Virus record (IMG/VR): IMGVR_UViG_2713896901_000009
Coordinates: 1 to 24,140 of that record
DNA: 24,140 bases
DNA from: a virus
Taxonomy: Duplodnaviria > Heunggongvirae > Uroviricota > Caudoviricetes
Strand: one strand, 5' to 3'
Below are positions 1 to 5,793 of this stretch, piece after piece. Made by a program: the position numbers and the translations under genes. The notes below the pieces were generated by a model that was not told where the DNA came from, did not search any database, and saw nothing but the letters and a program-made list of their open reading frames with translations. Numbering within the stretch: the stretch's first letter is position 1; each line of letters opens with the position of its first letter.

Positions 1-147
1 AATTCAGGGGCCACAAATCTGTGTGAGATGTGGCCGGGAACCTATCGATATACTCGCCTTGCACCTAATCACCTTACCGAACACGCACGGGCAGGCAGAC
101 TTGATTCTGAGCTCATCGGTCTCAAATTTGTCCCAGTCAAAAAATAA
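1..147 (+). CDS. int: 3' end of a tyrosine integrase gene (partial, runs off window start)
   Basis: Frame 1 is open from the window edge to TAA at 145-147. The C-terminal peptide ...TYRYTRLAPNHLTEHARAG... resembles the R-Y-x-H-L-x-P-x-H-L tail carrying the catalytic Tyr in phage integrases. It lies immediately upstream of a tRNA-derived att core. Fragment only. Confidence 0.4.
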   Translation, partial: NSGATNLCEMWPGTYRYTRLAPNHLTEHARAGRLDSELIGLKFVPVKK

Positions 148-183
148 GGAAGGTACTAATGATGTGTAACTTATTGATTTAGA

Positions 184-229
184 TGGTGCCGATAAGAGGA
201 GTCGAACCTCCGACCTTCGCATTACGAAT
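184..229 (-). other. att core: 3' 46 nt of a tRNA-Thr(CGU)-type gene, no 5' half present
   Basis: Minus strand reads ATTCGTAATGCGAAGGTCGGAGGTTCGACTCCTCTTATCGGCACCA: anticodon loop with CGT, T-arm GGAGG/TTCGACT/CCTCT, acceptor 3' strand, discriminator A, CCA. The sequence 5' of it has no D-arm or acceptor 5' strand, so it is a fragment as expected for a phage att site. Confidence 0.6.
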
Positions 230-629
230 CTGTAGTACCAATCATAACTATCTGTTTTAGCAAGCATTAACCGCATTCACTAAGCTATAGTTGATGGCAC
301 AAACAGAAAGTTGATGCATGATGTTGTCATGTGTATGTCACAAATACGGCACAACGATCTTCAAACATGTAGCCACACATCCACAGAAGAGCACAAAGCC
401 TTGAAATCCAGTGCAAAGCTTTTGGTACCTTGGTTTGGTCTAACGTCAAAGGGCAATCATCAAACTCACCAGAATGAACATCGTTGATGATGTAGGTGAT
501 CGCCACAAACACTGGCGAAGTAACATTGTAGTACCCGGTTGAGACTGGTATCTCTTCACGCTTACCGTTCTCCTGATTCACCAAGTGATGTTTTTGGTGT
601 ATTTGTTGCAAAACAAATTAAAATATTTA

Positions 630-660
630 AATGCGGCGTGCTTTGTATTCATGCCGCATT
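630..660. terminator. Stem-loop just downstream of tailspike stop, between the convergent int and tailspike genes
   Basis: AATGCGGCGTG / CATGCCGCATT pair as an 11-bp stem (one G.U) with a 9-nt loop. Both flanks are A/T-rich (minus strand continues UAAAUAUUUUAAUUUG). Confidence 0.4.
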
Positions 661-665
661 TTCAT

Positions 666-2690
666 TTATATTATACAGATTTCAATCTCTGCCATTGCTG
701 TATGTATCGGGCTAATTGCAGCCATATCAATTGAAACTCGCATGCCTCCTGCTCCTGCAGCAGATCTTGATATTGTGAATGCTCCACTCCGCCCAGCAGA
801 ATTTTGATGAACAACAGCGGGTGTAGATGTTGTTACATCCATAAACTTGATATCGCAAGTTGTCTGGTTTCTCCCATTAGACGCCAGTGTTGGTATGCTG
901 AGCATGTTATATTTCACATGGCATTGATGCCCTGCAGGGACAATAAAGAATCCGGCATTAGTTACATCCGTGCCATTAACTCGCGCGCTAATAGTAATCT
1001 TTCCATCTTCATGGAATCCATTATAACCAGCCCAGGCTGTTGATATTTTAGAGTCAGGAACTGGTCCGCTCGTTTCTCCAATAGCAGAGTAAGAGTTGCT
1101 TGAACTGAAAATAAATTGCCTAGAATCAAATTCACCAGCACCAGAAGGTGCGACAACTTTTAAAACCTCATTCACGGTCTGACTAAAACTATTTCCTTCA
1201 ATAAGCAAAGGAAATGCAAAGCCTCCGCTTAACACTGCTGTAGATTTAGTTACAAGAATATCAACCTGATTAGCCAGAAACCAGTTACCTGATATTGCCT
1301 TAGCACATTCAGATGCAGGATTTGTTACTGTCGATGGAATTGTTATTGATAATCCCACTGGATTGTTTTCAACAGTGTTACCAACAAAACTTAAAGCAAC
1401 ATTATACCCAAACACTGCACCCTGTACCGTGTTTTCAGAAATTGTACATCCATGTATTGTCTGACTTCCTGCGTGACCAGCTGCACTTAGTATAATTCCA
1501 GTTTGGTTTAAAACAAACTCGCAGCCAAAAAATCTATTTTGGTCTGAATATCCTTTCCCAGCAGTATTACGATCAATGCGAATACCAGTGCCACACCATA
1601 ATGTACGTATCCCGAAGAAGTTATTAAGATATACAGTTCCCATAAACCTAATGCCGTGGTCGAAATATCTAATATGCACATTCTCGAAAGAACACTCTCG
1701 CACATGATACAAGCCTCCATTTACTGTTTCGTCAACTGTTATCGCGTACTGACTCCATCCAGTTGACATGGCAGATACCCCTTCCAGCATAATGTCGCGG
1801 ATAACTACGCCAGTTATACCCCATTCAAAACGGTAACCATCTTCAACTGGAGTGAGGACAAATCCGTTAACCCCGACAGGAAATTTTAGACATGGCATTT
1901 GGCGAGCAGACACTGCAGATCCGCCATTGCCAGTGATTTTTATTGGTTTGCTGATTATCAGTGGTGCTGTAAGATTGTAATATAAAGGTGGCGTTTGTAC
2001 CGTTAGCGAACCGCCCCATGGGGTTGCATCGATAGCAGACTGAAAACCAGTTGTGTCATCATCTGTACCATTACCACTGGTGAACCAAACGGTTTTTATC
2101 TCATCGCCAATCTGTCGTTTCCATCTTTTTCCAGAAGCATCTACCAGTACAGTCCCACCGTTATCAGGTGTTGATGTGTCTGAAGCGTCAAGAAAAAACC
2201 AACCCTCACCCCCATCATTGTCATGTTCTCTTCCTACGCATTTTATTTGCGTTCCAGAAACGTTAGATGCCCTTATTTGTTCATAAGTCGCCCCAACAAT
2301 ATAAGACTCACCATCAACTGCTGCTAATTTGTCTATGAATGCTGGCAATGCCTGATCAGGGTCATACTTCAGCACATTAGGAAAATAGAACTGCTGCGCA
2401 CCATACGCATCATATACAGCCATAGAATGGCCTTGCACAGTTACAAACTTGGCTATTTGCCCGTTATATACCGGATATCCAGCAGCGTTAATGATGATGG
2501 GTTGCGAAACAGGAACGTGAGAACCGTCTTCGTTCTCCACATAAACCTGAATCTGGTTTTCAGGGTTTACCGGGTCAGTGTCAATTTTACCGATATAAAT
2601 TTTGCCATTGGCTACCGCTTTAAAAGAACGCGCCATAGTGAAGAGTTGCGAAGGCATACTCACTACAACATTAGCTGTAATGTCTGTCAT
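666..2690 (-). CDS. Tailspike protein: P22-type head-binding N-terminal domain fused to a distinct beta-helix receptor-binding/depolymerase domain
   Basis: 674 aa, ATG at 2690 with GGAG 8 nt upstream. The first ~110 aa ([13 protein letters not shown]...VLKYDPDQ) match the conserved head-binding domain of P22-family tailspikes as I recall it. The remainder is Gly/Asn/Thr/Val-rich, typical of parallel beta-helix tailspikes. Last gene of the late operon, as in P22. Confidence 0.9.
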   Translation of the reverse strand: MTDITANVVVSMPSQLFTMARSFKAVANGKIYIGKIDTDPVNPENQIQVYVENEDGSHVPVSQPIIINAAGYPVYNGQIAKFVTVQGHSMAVYDAYGAQQFYFPNVLKYDPDQALPAFIDKLAAVDGESYIVGATYEQIRASNVSGTQIKCVGREHDNDGGEGWFFLDASDTSTPDNGGTVLVDASGKRWKRQIGDEIKTVWFTSGNGTDDDTTGFQSAIDATPWGGSLTVQTPPLYYNLTAPLIISKPIKITGNGGSAVSARQMPCLKFPVGVNGFVLTPVEDGYRFEWGITGVVIRDIMLEGVSAMSTGWSQYAITVDETVNGGLYHVRECSFENVHIRYFDHGIRFMGTVYLNNFFGIRTLWCGTGIRIDRNTAGKGYSDQNRFFGCEFVLNQTGIILSAAGHAGSQTIHGCTISENTVQGAVFGYNVALSFVGNTVENNPVGLSITIPSTVTNPASECAKAISGNWFLANQVDILVTKSTAVLSGGFAFPLLIEGNSFSQTVNEVLKVVAPSGAGEFDSRQFIFSSSNSYSAIGETSGPVPDSKISTAWAGYNGFHEDGKITISARVNGTDVTNAGFFIVPAGHQCHVKYNMLSIPTLASNGRNQTTCDIKFMDVTTSTPAVVHQNSAGRSGAFTISRSAAGAGGMRVSIDMAAISPIHTAMAEIEICII

Positions 2691-2754
2691 TTAATTTGCT
2701 CCAGATACAAGGAATCGCCGCAGCATGGCTACGGTGAGTATTTGTTTGCTTTTT

Positions 2755-2777
2755 GCACTACACTTTTTGTGTAGTGC
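2755..2777. repeat. Perfect 9-bp inverted repeat with T5 spacer, flanked by 10-bp direct repeats GCTACGGTGA
   Basis: GCACTACAC-TTTTT-GTGTAGTGC at 2755-2777; direct repeats at 2728-2737 and 2806-2815. No U-tract follows on either strand, so it is not a canonical terminator. Confidence 0.5.
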
Positions 2778-2826
2778 TATCTCTCAAGGCCATAGCCGCT
2801 GAGTAGCTACGGTGAATTTTGGGCAT

Positions 2827-2850
2827 AAAAAAACCCAGCCGAAGCTGGGT
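2827..2850 (-). terminator. Rho-independent terminator downstream of ant
   Basis: Minus-strand RNA ACCCAGC-UUCG-GCUGGG followed by UUUUUUU (6-bp GC-rich stem, tetraloop, U7), 19 nt after the ant stop. Confidence 0.6.
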
Positions 2851-2868
2851 CGTTGCGTTGGTTATCTG

Positions 2869-3792
2869 TCAGTAGTTATGTACTGAAGGAGGCAATTCTT
2901 TATTCTTAAGTCTCATCCATGCGGAAAGATTCGTTGGTCCGTCTGGCTCATTGATATCAACATCTCGTGTGTGGTTGATTAAAACGTCTCTCGCCATTCC
3001 GATAACATACGAGAACTCATGACCGTAGTCGTAGCATCTGCCGGAATAGTTCGATTGAATTTGTTTTAATGCCGGATACAGTTCGCGGAATAATGCCTGT
3101 GAACGGTTGGCATAATCCCATAACCATACAAGGCTGTTTGCTTCTTTTGCAGAAAGCTCGTTGGTTTTCTTCTCTTGTTTTCCAATGAACTCACCTTCAA
3201 GTGGAACTCGAGCTGCAAGTGATAGTGCTTCGGTAAACTGCTCCTCACTGATTTCTTTGTACGAACATCCAAAATGGGATTTTAGTGACGACCACATGGT
3301 GATCATCGCCTTAGCCTGTTTTTCTTTTGGCAGAGACTGACCGCGACTCATGACGAGTTGTTTAATGGCTTCCTGCTGTTCAGTGGTGATTTTCCCCGGC
3401 AATGCCTTTTTAGCTTTGCGCGGGTTAATCACATGGCCTTTAGTCCAGTACTCGTAGAGCACATCGTCACACTCTTCCTGATACTGGATTACCTTGTCGC
3501 GGATTTCAGGGCGGACTTTGTTAGGACTGATGGTTTGCAGCCAGCCATTCAGTTTACGCAAAGCAAGGCAAATCATGGTCTGCACACCACCAACTGAAGG
3601 TATTGCGATTTCCACAATACCTTTAGCAAATCTTTGTTTTAACTTTGTAAACTGTGAAGCCCAATCCATACCCATGCCTTCAACGATAGGTTTCATTGGG
3701 GTATACGGTTCGCCGTTGTGATTGACGACATAAAGCTCTGCGCCGTGGAATGGCACGTTGATAGTAGATACTGCTGTTGCTATACTTTTCAT
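2869..3792 (-). CDS. ant: Antirepressor (Ant-like)
   Basis: 307 aa, ATG at 3792, directly downstream of the arc-like gene and upstream of tailspike, the P22 immI position of ant. The N-terminal region ([11 protein letters not shown]...[13 protein letters not shown]) resembles antirepressor N-terminal domains. Domain assignment is from memory. Confidence 0.65.
   Translation of the reverse strand: MKSIATAVSTINVPFHGAELYVVNHNGEPYTPMKPIVEGMGMDWASQFTKLKQRFAKGIVEIAIPSVGGVQTMICLALRKLNGWLQTISPNKVRPEIRDKVIQYQEECDDVLYEYWTKGHVINPRKAKKALPGKITTEQQEAIKQLVMSRGQSLPKEKQAKAMITMWSSLKSHFGCSYKEISEEQFTEALSLAARVPLEGEFIGKQEKKTNELSAKEANSLVWLWDYANRSQALFRELYPALKQIQSNYSGRCYDYGHEFSYVIGMARDVLINHTRDVDINEPDGPTNLSAWMRLKNKELPPSVHNY
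3758..3786 (+). promoter_or_regulatory. Candidate sigma70 promoter antisense to the ant 5' end (Psar-like)
   Basis: TTGATA (3758-3763), 17-bp spacer, TATACT (3781-3786). The predicted start near 3793 is directly opposite the ant start codon. Confidence 0.4.
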
Positions 3793-3860
3793 GTCAGTTT
3801 TTCCTCAAAATTTACTGGCGATTTAAGCCCGAGCTACTCGCAATAGCTTGGGCTTTACTC
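3793..3860 (+). ncRNA. Candidate sar-like antisense RNA covering the ant ribosome-binding site and start
   Basis: From the promoter above to a 12-bp stem-loop (AAGCCCGAGCTA / TAGCTTGGGCTT, 3825-3855) followed by TTTACTCATT. About 65-70 nt, the same size, position and orientation as P22 sar RNA. On the minus strand the hairpin has no U-tract, so arc-ant read-through is allowed. Confidence 0.4.
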
Positions 3861-4005
3861 ATTCTGGACAAACAATTCCATCCTTAGCTACTGACTCCTT
3901 TAGTCTCCTCAATACCTCATTACTGAACGACCGATCATCCTTTTTCGCGGACTGCTCCAAAGCCTTTTCCAGCCATTCTGGCATCCTTAATGTCTTAACT
4001 TTCAT
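3859..4005 (-). CDS. arc: Arc-like ribbon-helix-helix repressor (48 aa; below the ORF-track size cutoff)
   Basis: ATG at 4005 with AAGGAG 5 nt upstream, TGA at 3859-3861. Translation MKVKTLRMPEWLEKALEQSAKKDDRSFSNEVLRRLKESVAKDGIVCPE carries the Arc/Mnt RHH signature (LRMP ... RSxSNEV..RL.ES). Confidence 0.8.
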   Translation of the reverse strand: MKVKTLRMPEWLEKALEQSAKKDDRSFSNEVLRRLKESVAKDGIVCPE

Positions 4006-4023
4006 TTTTGCTCCTTTGTATGT

Positions 4024-4073
4024 GGTACGCATACATAGTATTTAGGTACGCATTGATAGTCAATAGATACCTA
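4024..4073. promoter_or_regulatory. Operator-like repeats in the arc/mnt divergent control region
   Basis: Direct repeats GGTACGCAT at 4024-4032 and 4045-4053 (21 bp apart, flanking the -10 of the arc promoter). A 31-bp imperfect dyad TAGGTA...ATTGA-TAG-TCAAT...TACCTA at 4043-4073 overlaps the -35. Confidence 0.45.
4035..4063 (-). promoter_or_regulatory. Candidate promoter for arc-ant (Pant-like)
   Basis: Minus strand TTGACT (4063-4058), 17-bp spacer, TACTAT (4040-4035), about 30 nt upstream of the arc ATG. Confidence 0.45.
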
Positions 4074-4109
4074 CATATCCTGTGGTAAAAAATTATTCAG
4101 GATGCGCCG

Positions 4110-4361
4110 ATGTCTGATCGTAAGTACAAAAACCCTCAAGTGAATCTGAGGCTTCCTGTAGAGATAAAGGAGCGTCTTATTGAACTAGCTGAGGCTAATT
4201 CTCGTTCATTAAATGCTGAGATGGTCGCAGCACTTGAAGCATGGACCGAAAAAAACAAACACATTCAAGCACTAGATCTTGCAACTATAGCATCGCGACT
4301 GATAGAGCTTGAGCATGATGTTGAGAAGTTAAAATGTATGCATGGCAATGGTGAAAAATGA
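4110..4361 (+). CDS. mnt: Mnt-like ribbon-helix-helix repressor
   Basis: 83 aa. The N-terminus PQVNLRLPVEIKERLIELAEANSRSLNAEMVAAL matches the Arc/Mnt RHH fold pattern. Divergent from arc as in P22 immI. Confidence 0.8.
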   Translation: MSDRKYKNPQVNLRLPVEIKERLIELAEANSRSLNAEMVAALEAWTEKNKHIQALDLATIASRLIELEHDVEKLKCMHGNGEK

Positions 4362-4675
4362 AACGTATCGCTATCCTATTGCTCCTGTGTCTCTCGAGCA
4401 TAGCTAACGCAGAAACAAAATCAGACGATAGCAGTTTTGATGAAATACAAGGCCTCATGATAGCTTCGAAAATGGCTGGTATGTGTGGTGCAATCAAACA
4501 AATGGCAATATTCCAAGAATCTACAAACATGCCGGGTGGGAATGAATTCTTACAGAGATTCCTTACTACAGAGCAAGCAAGGCTTGGGATGACTCCGCAG
4601 CAATTTCTTGAAGCATGTCAGAAATCAATCTCTATTTATACCACCTATTACAATATGAGCTCTGAGAAAAAATAG
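4358..4675 (+). CDS. Small secreted protein of unknown function, translationally coupled to mnt
   Basis: 105 aa. ATG overlaps the mnt stop (ATGA). Sec-type signal peptide MKRIAILLLLCLSSIANA with AxA site; mature part has two Cys. No family recognised. Confidence 0.6.
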   Translation: MKRIAILLLLCLSSIANAETKSDDSSFDEIQGLMIASKMAGMCGAIKQMAIFQESTNMPGGNEFLQRFLTTEQARLGMTPQQFLEACQKSISIYTTYYNMSSEKK

Positions 4676-4684
4676 ACTAGGATC

Positions 4685-4870
4685 TCAACAGCTTCCGCGT
4701 CCCTGAGTAATTCTGTTGCGGATTTGCTTCTTGCGGTGGTTTAGGCTGGAGAGCTTGGCTTCTGCTTCTGATATTTGCGCATCCAAATCTTTTAGTTCAA
4801 GATCTGAAAGGCGCTGGTCAAGCAGGGTTTGGTTTAACTCAATGTTGTTCAGACGTTCTTCTATAGTCAT
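4685..4870 (-). CDS. Hypothetical small coiled-coil protein
   Basis: 61 aa, ATG at 4870 with AAGGT 7 nt upstream; heptad-like Leu/Glu-rich sequence. Lies on the late-transcript strand. Weak. Confidence 0.3.
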   Translation of the reverse strand: MTIEERLNNIELNQTLLDQRLSDLELKDLDAQISEAEAKLSSLNHRKKQIRNRITQGRGSC

Positions 4871-4895
4871 ATTGTTACCTTAGTGGGAGATTAGT

Positions 4896-5120
4896 ATGAT
4901 TTCTGCTATTTTATCGGTGCTGCTAGCGTCATTATTCATCGGAGTGGTGTTGATCTCCCCGATGCCAATAATATCAATATTATTCATCTTGATGATCGGC
5001 TGGTTGTGGCTTAAAAAGGCAAGAAACGATTATTTTTTATCCATAAGAGATAAGCAATTGGAGCTTTTCCGCTTGGGGTACACTGGCGACTTGCCATTCT
5101 TAACATACCAAAAAAAGTAA
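4896..5120 (+). CDS. Small two-transmembrane-helix membrane protein
   Basis: 74 aa. GGGAGA 5 nt upstream of ATG. Two hydrophobic segments (ISAILSVLLASLFIGVVLI and IISILFILMIGWLWL), basic C-terminal tail. Followed by an intrinsic terminator. Confidence 0.55.
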   Translation: MISAILSVLLASLFIGVVLISPMPIISILFILMIGWLWLKKARNDYFLSIRDKQLELFRLGYTGDLPFLTYQKK

Positions 5121-5126
5121 TAATCA

Positions 5127-5149
5127 AGCCGGGTCACTCCGGCTTTTTG
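5127..5149 (+). terminator. Rho-independent terminator after the 74-aa membrane-protein gene
   Basis: AGCCGG-GTCACT-CCGGCT followed by TTTT, 7 nt after the stop. It overlaps the last codons of the convergent minus-strand gene. Confidence 0.6.
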
Positions 5150-5499
5150 ATATGTCGCTCGCAGAACTCAACAAGCCTGCTCATTAAGTAGCAGTAAGTC
5201 TCATTGGCTCTTCCTGGTTCAACATCAACGCCGACCCTTGAGCAGATATCGAATGCCATGTGAGCGCACTCATGGGCAATAGTAGATAGTTTGCCATTGA
5301 ACACGCCTATCACATGCAAAACACCATTCTCGCTACTCATTGTATGAGACGCTCCGTTGGCGTCCGAGTCATGCACGTCCACGCCAAGTTTTTGATGCAG
5401 GCGTTGCCATTCTGGAAAGTCTCTGCAAAACACAATTGTACCGCTCTCAAAGAGCGGAACAAGCATTTTTGGTACGTTTCCAATGTTAACTTTTTTCAT
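5134..5499 (-). CDS. HExxH-motif protein, possible small zinc metallopeptidase (ImmA/IrrE- or SprT-like)
   Basis: 121 aa. Motif KLSTIAHECAHMAFD (H-E-x-x-H), with a further Glu/Tyr cluster (ETYCY) downstream. Start is ATG at 5499 with AGGA 4 nt upstream. Family assignment is tentative. Confidence 0.45.
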   Translation of the reverse strand: MKKVNIGNVPKMLVPLFESGTIVFCRDFPEWQRLHQKLGVDVHDSDANGASHTMSSENGVLHVIGVFNGKLSTIAHECAHMAFDICSRVGVDVEPGRANETYCYLMSRLVEFCERHIKKPE

Positions 5500-5529
5500 G
5501 GTATCCTGCTCAAAACTAAGGAGGTTGGT

Positions 5530-5736
5530 GTGAAGCGATTGATTGTAGGGCTTGCTGTAGTTGCTTTTTTTATCTTCTCGGCTTCGACTGGTTACGGAGT
5601 TAGATTCTCATCATCAACAATCAACGATAAGATTGAATGCAGATACATAAGCGTTTCCGGCAAATTCTCCAGAAATTACTGGTATTCAGATAATGGAATC
5701 ATGGGTATTAGCAATTGCCCTTTATTTGACAGATAG
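5530..5736 (+). CDS. Small protein with N-terminal signal/anchor sequence
   Basis: GTG at 5530 preceded by AAGGAGG at 5-nt spacing. 68 aa with hydrophobic N-terminus KRLIVGLAVVAFFIFSASTG. The ORF-track upstream extension is antisense to the HExxH gene and looks non-coding. Confidence 0.45.
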   Translation: MKRLIVGLAVVAFFIFSASTGYGVRFSSSTINDKIECRYISVSGKFSRNYWYSDNGIMGISNCPLFDR

Positions 5737-5793
5737 CCATCCGTGGCTTTATGGAGATTAACATGGTAACAGTTGGTTGGATTATCGCGTTCC

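Noticed and set aside
4-276. 90-aa minus-strand ORF at the window start
   Set aside because: It runs antisense through the integrase 3' end and across the tRNA-derived att core, so it is a read-through artefact.
327-611. 94-aa minus-strand ORF between the att core and tailspike
   Set aside because: The start codon is TTG with no SD, the ORF lies downstream of the tailspike terminator hairpin, and the composition is odd (Cys/His/Trp-rich). Not called as a gene, though the interval is where relatives carry serotype-conversion genes.
3848-4045. 65-aa plus-strand ORF in the arc region
   Set aside because: It is antisense to the Arc-like RHH gene, which has a strong SD and a clear family signature, and it has no SD of its own.
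5314-5529. N-terminal extension of the plus-strand ORF 5314-5736
   Set aside because: The extension is antisense to the HExxH gene and reads as noise. The true start is taken as GTG 5530, which has AAGGAGG upstream.
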